Assembly: GCA_007134025.1 (NCBI GenBank)
Contig: SLLR01000012.1
Coordinates: forward strand, 7,846 to 71,845
Length of the DNA: 64,000 bases
Direction: 5' to 3'
From: Desulfuromonadaceae bacterium
Lineage (GTDB): Bacteria > Desulfobacterota > Desulfuromonadia > Desulfuromonadales > Syntrophotaleaceae
This document shows, one piece after another, positions 18,396 to 26,754 of the stretch. The notes beneath the pieces were generated by a model. That model saw nothing but the letters and a program-made list of their open reading frames with translations, did not search any database and was not told where the DNA came from. How positions within the stretch are numbered: position 1 is the first letter of the stretch; every line of letters begins with the position of its first letter. The position numbers and the translations under genes are program-made.

Positions 18396-19562
18396 TTACT
18401 CCTTTCCTCCGCCGCAACCGTTGCGGCGGCTCTTCAGCAGACTTCCCAGGCGCAGAAGCAGGCCCTGCCGGGTGTGCAGGGCTCCCTGGGGGCACAGTTC
18501 CTGACAGCAGAAGCAACCGATGCAGCGGCTGTAATCGATGCGCAAGCTTCCCTTGACAATAGCCATGATGCGCGGCGGACAGTGGCGGACACACAGGCCG
18601 CAGAGAACGCAGTACTGCGGGTCGACCCGGGGCTGGGCGCTCAGCGATTGTTTGAGAGGCGCGAGCAGCCAGTCGGGTAGTCCGAAATTCACCTCTGTTT
18701 GCTTTGCCGGACGAAAGCTTGCCGCGCGCAGGAGTTCTGGAGCTGTGCCAAACAGGGCGACCTGATCCCTTCGGCTGCCAAAGCGGTGGCTGGCCGCGGC
18801 AACCTTCTGAGTCCAGACCTGGCATGATTCGATGCCCAGCAGTTGACAGACCACCGTATCCACGGCCAGTGGCGAGGGGCTGGCCAGCAGTGCTCCGACA
18901 TGCACCGGATCACCGCTGCCGGGTCCGTTTCCTTCCATGGCAGTGACCGCATCGACCAGGGTCAGCGCCGGAGCGATCTGTTCGGCCAGCTCCAGCAGCA
19001 TCAGGGCAAAAAAAGCCTTGTCGGACCCGGCCTGCAGGTGCAGGCGGGGTTTGCGCATTCCGACCACGGCTCCGAACAGATTCTTGACCCCGCAGGTCAG
19101 CCCCATCATCTGGTGGGTTTTGAGTTTGGGCAGATTGATGATCACCTCGGCATCGAGAATGTCCCGGGCGATCTCCAGTTCGCGAAAGGTCGAACCTTTG
19201 GGGCGGATCGTTACCGATTCGCTGAAGGGGGCGAAATCGGCTCCGGTTTCTTCGATGACCGCCAAAATCCCGCAACGCCGGGCCACCTGAAGCGGGCTGC
19301 CGACCCCGGGGGAATCGCCAACCGCCACCCGGCCACCGGCGTCCTGCGCCAGACGAATGACGGCCCGGACTATTTCCGGATGAGTGGTCACCGCCCGCTG
19401 CGGTTCTTTGCCGGACAGCATGTTGGGCTTGAGCAGAACCCGCTGCCCCGGACGGACGAAAGCCGCCATGCCTCCCAGAGGCTCCATCAGTCGTTCGATG
19501 GCTGCTGTCACCGTCTCGGTGCTGTAATCGGCACAGTTGGCCAAAGTCACCGGGATTTTCAT
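18396..19562 (-). CDS. DUF362 domain protein with C-terminal 2x[4Fe-4S] ferredoxin motifs
   Basis: VLLKPNMLSG and GDSPG are DUF362-type segments. CVLCGLCVRHCP and CIGCFCCQELCP are cluster motifs. Confidence 0.75.
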   Translation of the reverse strand: MKIPVTLANCADYSTETVTAAIERLMEPLGGMAAFVRPGQRVLLKPNMLSGKEPQRAVTTHPEIVRAVIRLAQDAGGRVAVGDSPGVGSPLQVARRCGILAVIEETGADFAPFSESVTIRPKGSTFRELEIARDILDAEVIINLPKLKTHQMMGLTCGVKNLFGAVVGMRKPRLHLQAGSDKAFFALMLLELAEQIAPALTLVDAVTAMEGNGPGSGDPVHVGALLASPSPLAVDTVVCQLLGIESCQVWTQKVAAASHRFGSRRDQVALFGTAPELLRAASFRPAKQTEVNFGLPDWLLAPLKQSLSAQPRVDPQYCVLCGLCVRHCPPRIMAIVKGSLRIDYSRCIGCFCCQELCPQGALHTRQGLLLRLGSLLKSRRNGCGGGKE

Positions 19563-19954
19563 CCGGCCAGCACCTTGATGTGCAGCCGACGGTTGCGGGG
19601 ACCGTCAAACTCACAGAAATAGATGCCCTGCCAGGTTCCGAGCACCGGCTCCCCGTCTTCGACGATCAGCAGTTCGCCGGAGCCCACCAGGCTGCTCTTG
19701 ATGTGAGCCGCGCTGTTGCCCTCGCCGTGCCGGTAGCTATCCTCCAGGGGAATGACCTTGTTGATTTCCATGACCATGTCCCGCACCACGTCGGGGTCGG
19801 CATTTTCGTTGAGGGTGACCGCCGCGGTGGTGTGCGGCACCTGCAGCAGGGCGATGCCCGAGAGGATGCCGCTGGCTTGGATAGCCTGACGAACCGCATG
19901 GGTGATGTCGATCATTTCCACCGGCCTTCGGGAGACGATGTCGAGGCAGTTCAT
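19559..19954 (-). CDS. YjbQ/UPF0047 family protein (secondary thiamine-phosphate synthase-like)
   Basis: 131 aa, from MNCLDIVS...HTTAAVTLNENADPDV...SAAHIKSSL. ORF 19559..20479 trimmed to ATG 19954. ATGA overlaps at both ends. Confidence 0.85.
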   Translation of the reverse strand: MNCLDIVSRRPVEMIDITHAVRQAIQASGILSGIALLQVPHTTAAVTLNENADPDVVRDMVMEINKVIPLEDSYRHGEGNSAAHIKSSLVGSGELLIVEDGEPVLGTWQGIYFCEFDGPRNRRLHIKVLAG

Positions 19955-20829
19955 GGCGCTTTCTCCTGCAGCAGGTCGACGAGCACCTGCAGCACCCGTC
20001 GGCTGAACAACAGGCCGACATGGCCGATGTTGCGCAGTTCGACGGAGGTTGTGCCCTCGAGACGCCCGTTCTCGTAGGGGATGACCATGTTGTCGTGGCG
20101 GCTGTAGAGAACGCAGACTCGTGCTTCGGCGGGCAGGGGCGCAGCGGCCAGGCGCTGCAGAAAAACGGAGCCGGGCATGAGCAACCTGCCCAGCGCCGAG
20201 AGGGCGAAAGGGGCCAGCTTGGAACCTTCGTTGGGCGTGCCGATGAGCAGGCAGCGGTCGACCTTTTCCGCGCCGCCGCGAATCTGAAGATAGTTGCGGG
20301 CGATCATTCCGCCCATGGAGTGGCCGACCAGATGGACCTTCTGCAGGTCGGTGGCATGACGGATCCTGTCCACCTGCCGGGCCAGCCGTTCGGTCAAGAC
20401 TTCCACGTCTTTCCAGGGCGGCAGGGCAATGCTGTAGAGGGCGGTAAAACCCTGACGTTTCAGGCAGAACTTGATCCACAGCCAGCAGGCGGGTGACTGC
20501 ATCAGGCCATGCAGGAATATGATGGGGGTTTCCGTAGTGCAGGGAGAAGGTTGTTTGCGGTTGAGCCAGCCGATGGGCTGCAGTAGGATGGTCAGGGAGA
20601 GAAACAAGGTTTCCGAGAGAATCAGGCCCAGAACGAAGAGCAGTCGCCGCAGGGGTCGGCCCCGCTCCAGAAGCTGCGGGTCGCGGTTGGCGTATTCGTA
20701 CCAGGCTATGGCAAAGCTGAAGCAGACCAGCAACGCCACGAGGCCCGTAAAGAGCGCCAGATAAAAGACAAAAGCCGCCACGATTCCCCCTTGAAGGCGC
20801 ATTATCGCACGCACCTGAGGGGTCGTCAA
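19951..20829 (-). CDS. Membrane-anchored alpha/beta hydrolase (lipase/esterase-like)
   Basis: Two N-terminal hydrophobic helices. Nucleophile elbow GHSMGG. Confidence 0.75.
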   Translation of the reverse strand: MTTPQVRAIMRLQGGIVAAFVFYLALFTGLVALLVCFSFAIAWYEYANRDPQLLERGRPLRRLLFVLGLILSETLFLSLTILLQPIGWLNRKQPSPCTTETPIIFLHGLMQSPACWLWIKFCLKRQGFTALYSIALPPWKDVEVLTERLARQVDRIRHATDLQKVHLVGHSMGGMIARNYLQIRGGAEKVDRCLLIGTPNEGSKLAPFALSALGRLLMPGSVFLQRLAAAPLPAEARVCVLYSRHDNMVIPYENGRLEGTTSVELRNIGHVGLLFSRRVLQVLVDLLQEKAP

Positions 20830-20893
20830 CGGCTCAGGCGTGCCGAAGTGGTCGGGATTCGGTATTTTTTCCTAGGTTCAGGGACGGAAGCAG

Positions 20894-21796
20894 ATGCGTC
20901 AGTTACTCGCCGAATTTGATCGACATCTCGCGGTGGAGCGTAACCTTTCCCGGCACACGCGAAGGGCCTATGCTCAGGATCTGGAAGCCTTTTGCCGATT
21001 TCTGGAAGCCGAGCCGGGTTTCTCTGCGCCCCTGGTGGCACAGCAGGTCGACATTCAGGTTTTGCGCCGCTATCTGGCCCGGTTGCATCGCCGCCACCGA
21101 CGTTCCAGTATTGCCCGCAAGCTCTCCGCCCTGCGCAGTTTTTTTGCCTACCTGGTGGCACAGGGCCAGCTCGAGAGCAGCCCCGGCGAGCTCATCGGTA
21201 CGCCCCGGCAGGAAAACTATCTGCCCAAAACCCTGACCGTCGATGAGGTCTTCGCCTTGATCGACGGGCAATCGGGCGTCGACGAACTGTCCCTGCGGGA
21301 TCGGGCGCTTCTCGAAGTGCTCTACTCCTGCGGCCTGCGGGTCGGTGAGCTGACCGCTCTTGACCTGGACAGTATCGACTGGCAGCAGGGCCTGGTACGG
21401 GTGCTGGGCAAGGGCAACAAGGAGCGGCTGGTGCCCATCGGCCGCCAGGCCCTGGCCGCTGTTGACGATTATCTAGCTGTGCGCAACGGAGTTCCGGAGC
21501 AAACGGCCCTGTTTCTCAACTACCGCGGCGGCCGTCTCAGCGCCCGCAGCGTCGAGCGGAATTTCAAGCAACGGCTGATCAAGGCGGGACTGATCAAGGA
21601 CGCCAGCCCCCACAGCCTGCGCCATTCTTTCGCCACCCATCTCCTGGATGGCGGCGCCGATCTGCGTGCCATCCAGGAACTTCTCGGCCACGTCTCCCTG
21701 TCCACCACCCAGAAATATACCCGGGTCAGCGTCGATCATCTGATGGAGGTCTACGACCGGGCGCATCCGAAAGGGCGAAAAAAACAGCCTTCATAG
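20894..21796 (+). CDS. xerC: Tyrosine recombinase XerC/XerD family
   Basis: 300 aa with RHSFATHLL, LLGHVSLSTTQKYTRV and GKGNKERLVPIG. G+C resembles the core genome. Confidence 0.85.
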   Translation: MRQLLAEFDRHLAVERNLSRHTRRAYAQDLEAFCRFLEAEPGFSAPLVAQQVDIQVLRRYLARLHRRHRRSSIARKLSALRSFFAYLVAQGQLESSPGELIGTPRQENYLPKTLTVDEVFALIDGQSGVDELSLRDRALLEVLYSCGLRVGELTALDLDSIDWQQGLVRVLGKGNKERLVPIGRQALAAVDDYLAVRNGVPEQTALFLNYRGGRLSARSVERNFKQRLIKAGLIKDASPHSLRHSFATHLLDGGADLRAIQELLGHVSLSTTQKYTRVSVDHLMEVYDRAHPKGRKKQPS

Positions 21797-21882
21797 CCCT
21801 TCCTGAACGTCTTGTCGCAACTCCATTTTTCGTCTGATAAATCCTTGATAATCCTATTAATAATTTGAAACACAATTCGAGA

Positions 21883-21916
21883 CGGCCCAACCTGTTTGAG
21901 ACTGGTTGGGCCGTTT
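21883..21916 (+). terminator. Hairpin terminator candidate after xerC
   Basis: CGGCCCAACC, 11 nt loop, GGTTGGGCCG, then TTTG. Confidence 0.45.
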
Positions 21917-21994
21917 GAGGTGCTGGCATTGGTGAGTTTTCGGAAATATGGGGAATGTCCCTTGTTTCCTGTTTCCTTATCTCAATCGCGAAAG

Positions 21995-22031
21995 ACAAAC
22001 TTCAAAACCGGCCGGTCTCGTCCGGCCAGAC
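21995..22031 (+). repeat. 37-bp direct repeat, left copy (solo hairpin module)
   Basis: ACAAACTTCAAAACCGGCCGGTCTCGTCCGGCCAGAC is identical to 26476-26512. Contains a GGCCGG-N6-CCGGCC hairpin. Confidence 0.9.
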
Positions 22032-22070
22032 CGTAAGCTTCCCCGTCAAGTAGACAGCTGAAAAATAACG

Positions 22071-22403
22071 CTAATCAGGCTTAGTTTTATATGTCGTGAC
22101 CTCAAAATCCCAATCCATATCTTCACTTTCGGTAGCAGTGACAAACGACCGGGTTTCATCCCTGAATTCACTCAGGATTTCCGTGTTAATCCATTTGTAA
22201 AAATCTGCCCGGACAAACATCGCTTCCACTGATTCCTGGTATTTCCTGTCATCACCGGGAGAACCCGGAATGGCAAAACCGAATTGACCGAGCGCCTCAG
22301 GGGGATTGTCAAATAACATTTTTCTGAACTCCATGTCCCCTCTGGCTTTATTCTTAATCTCCGCCACAACATCATCTCGGATAAACTTTTTTTCGTCGCT
22401 CAT
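22071..22403 (-). CDS. Small acidic protein (110 aa) with NHLP/nitrile-hydratase-leader-like N-terminus
   Basis: AGAGAGG RBS. VVAEIKNKARGDMEFRKMLFDNPPEALGQFGFAIPG resembles the NHLP-type leader pattern (..A.A..D..F...L..NP..AL...G..LP). No cysteines and an acidic C-terminus. About 38% G+C by hand count on one line. Confidence 0.55.
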   Translation of the reverse strand: MSDEKKFIRDDVVAEIKNKARGDMEFRKMLFDNPPEALGQFGFAIPGSPGDDRKYQESVEAMFVRADFYKWINTEILSEFRDETRSFVTATESEDMDWDFEVTTYKTKPD

Positions 22404-22582
22404 AATCTACCTCTCTTGGCGTTTGATGTAGTAGGGTTGAGGGACAACACTCAACCCATAACAATGTTTTTCCTGTCGGCATGATTGCTGAGCCGTCCCA
22501 ACGGGAAGCAGAACAGCCCGGTGGTCAGGAAAAAGGCTGCATTGATGTGCCTGTGCCCATGGGGCTGATGCCCTCTGCAGTA

Positions 22583-22870
22583 TCAGCCCAAGACCGGGGC
22601 TTGCTTTAGGGTAAAGAAAACTCCCTTGCCGGACAGTGTCGGCCCGAAACGGGCGTTTTCCGATTGGCAGCCGCTCGGTTCCCGCTGGCCTGCCGACCAA
22701 CGTTCTCGGTGGTTGTAGTAGGGCGAGAGGAACTGGCTGAGAAGATAGCCATAAGCGACAAGCCATCTAGGTAGGGGAGTTGAGGACGCCCATGCGATTA
22801 TGCGGTTATGAAAATCGTGCATCACAAGAAAACCCTGTCTGGCCATCCGGACGGGGTTTCTGCTTTTCAT
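22583..22870 (-). pseudogene. Decayed rve (IS3/IS481-type) transposase fragment
   Basis: VMHDFHNRIIAWASS resembles the D-x-FSR-x-IVGW segment. SPYYNHRER resembles the C-terminal YNxxRPH, but about 100 intervening residues are missing and the motif is corrupted. Confidence 0.35.
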
Positions 22871-22879
22871 TTATAATAT

Positions 22880-24220
22880 TTACCGACTTACAACCCGAAC
22901 CTGGGCAAACTGGCGATGCCCGTCCGCCGAGCCGTGAAAACCGAATCCGCTTTGTTTGGCACCTACCCAAGGGGCGTCTGCACCACCACCGACGCCAGAG
23001 TTAACTCCAACCATACCAGCTTCGAGCCGGTCGGCGACCTTGTCAGCACCCTCGCCCCCGAACACCACCGAGCCTAGCCCATAATTCGTATGATTGGCCT
23101 TCTCAATCGCTTCCTCAATATCCGAATATCGACTGATAGCAACCACCGGGCCGAAAGTCTCCTCCGTTTCGACTAGCATCTCCGGGGTCACGTCACTGAT
23201 GACCGTCGGCTTGATGTACCGCTGCGGTTGGTCGCTCCCGCCGAGCAGCACCTTTGCGCCCTTTGCTTCGGCATCACGGATGTGTGCGACGATCTTTTCA
23301 TGCTGACGGGCGTTGATAATCGGGCCGATGTTGACGCCCTGTTGATCCCAGGGGCCAACGGTGTATTCGCTGGCGATTTCGACAACCCTTTTCTCGAAAA
23401 TATCCGCAATGGAGTCATCGACATAAATCCGCTCGGTCGCGATACACATCTGCCCGGCATTCTCAAAACTGCTGGCAACGGCAAATTGTGCGGCATGCTC
23501 CAGATCAGCGTCGGCCATGATAATCAGCGGGTCGTTGCCGCCGAGTTCCATGACCAGTCGCTTCAGCCTGCCGGAAGCGCGTTCCATGATCTTCTTGCCA
23601 GTTGCCTGGGACCCGGTAAAGGCGATCATGTCAACATCGCTTTCGACCAGCGCCGCTCCCTGCTGCCCATCACCGTGGACAATCTGTAATACGCCTTCCG
23701 GAAGAACGCTATTCAGTTTTTTTACATAAGCATCTGCAATCAGAGGCGTCTCTTCGGATGGCTTGAACACGACCGTATTTCCCGCTACCAGCGCAGGAAT
23801 AATCAGATTGTTTGCCATCGCCACTGGATAGTTCCACGGCGCGATAACCGCGACGACGCCCAGCGGCCTGTATTGCATTAAAGACCCACCAGCCAGTTCG
23901 CGTGTTGCGAGTGCTTGCCGTGCGGATTCGGCATTCCCGACGCCACCCTTTATCACCCATCTCACCTCACCGGAAGAACGGCGCAAATCCTTACCCATTT
24001 CACGACTTAAAAGAACGGCAAACTTCTCCGAGTCGGGTTCAATGCCTGCAAGGGCTTTTGTGATGAGTTCGACCCTTTTGTTGATATCCAGTGCACCCCA
24101 TTCTTTGGCGGCGACTCGTGCCTTTGCAACGATGCCATCAATATCAGAGGTCGGTGTAACAGTAACTTCACCGACCTTTTCACCGTTGCTCGGATCGTAT
24201 GAAACCAGTTGCGCTGTCAT
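22880..24220 (-). CDS. NAD(P)-dependent aldehyde dehydrogenase
   Basis: 446 aa with VIAPWNYP, FTGSQATGKKI, ELGGND, and the catalytic Cys context GQMCIATERIY. Confidence 0.9.
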   Translation of the reverse strand: MTAQLVSYDPSNGEKVGEVTVTPTSDIDGIVAKARVAAKEWGALDINKRVELITKALAGIEPDSEKFAVLLSREMGKDLRRSSGEVRWVIKGGVGNAESARQALATRELAGGSLMQYRPLGVVAVIAPWNYPVAMANNLIIPALVAGNTVVFKPSEETPLIADAYVKKLNSVLPEGVLQIVHGDGQQGAALVESDVDMIAFTGSQATGKKIMERASGRLKRLVMELGGNDPLIIMADADLEHAAQFAVASSFENAGQMCIATERIYVDDSIADIFEKRVVEIASEYTVGPWDQQGVNIGPIINARQHEKIVAHIRDAEAKGAKVLLGGSDQPQRYIKPTVISDVTPEMLVETEETFGPVVAISRYSDIEEAIEKANHTNYGLGSVVFGGEGADKVADRLEAGMVGVNSGVGGGADAPWVGAKQSGFGFHGSADGHRQFAQVRVVSR

Positions 24221-24244
24221 TCTCTTCTCCTCTATTTTCCAGCA

Positions 24245-25375
24245 CTAAATAAAGCGCCGCATGATCTCCGCCGCCCAAGTGTCAACATTGGCCAGGGTGA
24301 CCCTGTGGGCCGTTACAGCTTTTTCAGCATGTCCGCGTAGGCCCGGGTCGTCGAGGTCACTGAAGCGACTGAAGATCCCGACTCTGCGACCGACGATATA
24401 GAGCATCCTTGCCTCTGGTTCCAGCGCAAGAAAACGCCTGATCGGAGCGGTCATCTTTTCTTTGTCTTCAGGTAGATGCCCCTCGGCATCCGGAAACAGA
24501 TTAAGGATGTGGTCGCTCTTAACCGTACTGTGGATCCCATCGAGATGATCAAGGAATAACAGCAGCTCTTCAGCTTTCTCGCGATCACCGAGTGGCGTGA
24601 AGGTTCCCGCTGCGACAGCTTCGTACAATTCAACAATTTCCGGAATTGCCAATGTGCGGATACGAATAAAGTCGGCATCAATCTGATTAAGAGCATCGGC
24701 TGTTTCCAGAGCATTCTCTTTCGACCAGGCTTTTCCACCTAGGCCGGGCATAAAATATTCCGACAGCTCGATCCCGGCCTTCTTGACCTTTTGTCCGGCG
24801 AGAATGTGAGTCTGCTTGTCGACGCCTTTTTTGACCAAGGCGAGCACCTCGTCGGCAGCGGATTCCATACCAATATGAATTCTGTTGAGTCCTGCCTTTG
24901 ATAACCGCATCATATCCTCGTTGCTTATGCGGGCAATCGTCTGTGATCGAGCATAAGAAGTCACTCTTTCAATCAGGGGAAAGGCGTGACGAACATGCAA
25001 AAGGATTTTTTCCAGATCACCAGGCTTGATCACCAGAGTGTTCGCATCCTGTAAAAAGACCGAGTTCATTCCGCCGCGCATGAATGTGAGAGCTGCGTGA
25101 AGCGCCATCTGGTCAGCATGGTTCAGTCCGACCTGAAGGAATGTCAGATCGCCAGCACTCTTTTCGATTTCATCGACAAAAAACCGGACTCGATCAATAT
25201 CCTTCAGGACATGATCTGCCTTGCGGATACTGAATTTCTGATCCTTGTAAAGACCGCAGAAGGTACATTTGTTCCACGGACAGTTACGGGTGACGCGCAG
25301 CAACAGGCTGTTCGCCTCGCTCGGCGGCCGGATCGGGCCAAGTTCAAAACCCTGATAACTGTCATCTCTTTTCAT
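24245..25375 (-). CDS. Radical SAM-type enzyme with non-canonical CX4CX2C cluster motif
   Basis: 376 aa. GPIRPPSEANSLLLRVTRNCPWNKCTFCGLY. No C-terminal Cys-rich (SPASM-like) region. GAGGAG RBS of the downstream ALDH lies within the 24-nt gap. Confidence 0.8.
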   Translation of the reverse strand: MKRDDSYQGFELGPIRPPSEANSLLLRVTRNCPWNKCTFCGLYKDQKFSIRKADHVLKDIDRVRFFVDEIEKSAGDLTFLQVGLNHADQMALHAALTFMRGGMNSVFLQDANTLVIKPGDLEKILLHVRHAFPLIERVTSYARSQTIARISNEDMMRLSKAGLNRIHIGMESAADEVLALVKKGVDKQTHILAGQKVKKAGIELSEYFMPGLGGKAWSKENALETADALNQIDADFIRIRTLAIPEIVELYEAVAAGTFTPLGDREKAEELLLFLDHLDGIHSTVKSDHILNLFPDAEGHLPEDKEKMTAPIRRFLALEPEARMLYIVGRRVGIFSRFSDLDDPGLRGHAEKAVTAHRVTLANVDTWAAEIMRRFI

Positions 25376-25408
25376 TTCTTACTCTTCAAAATAATGGCCA
25401 TAGGCCAT

Positions 25409-26453
25409 AGGGGACGTTGTTGATAATTATAAAATCGATTCCAACTTTTTTCTTAATTGCGCCTCTTTCTGAAAAATAGAGTCCCCCCTGTTGGCGGCAT
25501 GCGAAACCGCGGCAGGGGTATAGGCCATAGCCGGGGCAATATCGACCCCTTTTAATCCCAATTTTCTGATCGCAACAAAGCAAATAACTGCTTTTGCCTG
25601 AGCAAGGCTTCGGTTCTTGCTCGGCTGACTCAAAGCTGTGGGGGCTATGCCAAAATAGGTCGTGACCAGATCCATGAGTTCTCTCAGGGATCGTTTCTCT
25701 CCGGCTGGAAACTGGTCGGCATGTCTCAAAACCCGCTCGACAAAATCTCCTCCCCCAAGAACGCGATCATCAAAAAGGGCGTCGTCGTCGAGATCAGGAT
25801 CGAGGTCCAGGCTGGTCCGTTTGCCGCCGGCAGAGAGATTGGTCCGGGTGGTGTCTACTCCGTTGACGATAAAGCGATAATACTGTTGCCTGGCGGCCTT
25901 GGGTCGATTGGCGAAAAACGGCAGAATCTTACTGTCGTTAATCACTGACCGGGAGGCTTTGCCCAACAATTCGCGATGCCCGCACCAGGGATAATCTTCA
26001 AGGGATTCGGCCGATTCCACGATGCCGGCGCGTAGCGGATTCAAGTGGACATATCGCACCAGTTCCAGAAGGTAGGCATCCCCGTCGCAAACAATCGATT
26101 TATAGCGATTCTGAAAAAGATGCCCGACACGGTTGTGGCGCAGATTGAACACCACGGCGTAGCCGGTGAGCAGGCGACGCATGAAATGGGCGAGCTTGGT
26201 GGCATTCGGCTGCAACAAGAGGTGAAAATGGGAATCCAACAGGGCCCAGGCAAAGCAGTCCGTCTCCGTCTCGGCCAGCAACCGTGAAAGGCGGGAGAGG
26301 AATTCTTCGCGGTCCTGGTCGTCGAGAAAAATGTAGCGCTTCTCGATTCCTCTGACGATGACATGGTGCAACAGGCCGGGAAAATCTATGCGAGATTGTC
26401 TGGGCATGGAGAGAGGTTATCATAGGAATTTATATTTATCAAGAACGTCCCCT
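25409..26453. mobile_element. IS-like unit: Y1 transposase gene bracketed by 18-bp (extendable to about 29-bp) inverted repeats
   Basis: AGGGGACGTTGTTGATAA (25409-25426) matches the reverse complement of 26436-26453 (AGGGGACGTTCTTGATAA) at 17/18. Confidence 0.55.
25427..26407 (-). CDS. IS200-like Y1 (HUH) transposase with C-terminal DnaA-domain-IV-like HTH
   Basis: 326 aa with HHVIVRGIEKRYIF, the HUH motif HFHLLLQ, FQNRYKS, and a C-terminal AKAVICFVAIRKLG...AAVSHAANRG. Confidence 0.85.
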   Translation of the reverse strand: MPRQSRIDFPGLLHHVIVRGIEKRYIFLDDQDREEFLSRLSRLLAETETDCFAWALLDSHFHLLLQPNATKLAHFMRRLLTGYAVVFNLRHNRVGHLFQNRYKSIVCDGDAYLLELVRYVHLNPLRAGIVESAESLEDYPWCGHRELLGKASRSVINDSKILPFFANRPKAARQQYYRFIVNGVDTTRTNLSAGGKRTSLDLDPDLDDDALFDDRVLGGGDFVERVLRHADQFPAGEKRSLRELMDLVTTYFGIAPTALSQPSKNRSLAQAKAVICFVAIRKLGLKGVDIAPAMAYTPAAVSHAANRGDSIFQKEAQLRKKLESIL

Positions 26454-26475
26454 GAGCCTTACACGCTACATAAAT

Positions 26476-26512
26476 ACAAACTTCAAAACCGGCCGGTCTC
26501 GTCCGGCCAGAC
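26476..26512 (+). repeat. 37-bp direct repeat, right copy
   Basis: Identical to 21995-22031. Here it is contiguous with a larger REP-like element. Confidence 0.9.
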
Positions 26513-26650
26513 GAGGTCCTTTTCTTGACGGCCAAGAAAAGGACCCAAAAGAAGGCCGCCCCCCGTTGGCCCCTTACGGGGTTCCCTCTCTACGGCTACG
26601 GCCTCCGGGAAGGTCGAAAACTCGCTGCGCTCAAACAGTCGTCCTTCTGA
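26513..26650 (-). repeat. REP-like two-hairpin repeat element, copy A (minus orientation)
   Basis: 13-bp perfect hairpin GGTCCTTTTCTTG-ACGGC-CAAGAAAAGGACC (26515-26545). Core CTGTTTGAGCGCAGCGAGTTTTCG is shared with copy B. Confidence 0.6.
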
Positions 26651-26754
26651 TCCGGATTCCGCTGCCTTCGTTCGGCTGCACTCGCAGGGAGGAGGGATAT
26701 TCTTAAAACACACCCCCCTGTGACGCCGCCGGAGTGAAGCGGGCGTTTGGCGAT

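Larger units (their letters stand above)
21995..26512. mobile_element. Lower-GC genomic islet bounded by perfect 37-bp direct repeats
   Basis: Flanking identical 37-mers. The interior is visibly lower in G+C. Cargo consists of transposase genes and accessory enzymes, all on the minus strand. Confidence 0.5.

Noticed and set aside
21815-21875. AT-rich stretch just after xerC, considered as a possible dif / Xer recombination site for the adjacent islet
   Set aside because: There is no match to the dif-type layout of two 11-bp arms around a 6-bp centre (e.g. no …CATAA-N6-TTATG… core). It looks like ordinary AT-rich spacer before the terminator hairpin.
22071-22403. The 110-aa protein as a bona fide RiPP precursor for the radical SAM enzyme
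   Set aside because: This is downgraded, not fully excluded. Only the N-terminal roughly 45 aa resemble NHLP leaders. There is no Gly-Gly cleavage site, no Cys/Ser/Thr-rich core and no SPASM-type maturase. A transposase fragment and the ALDH gene separate it from the radical SAM gene.
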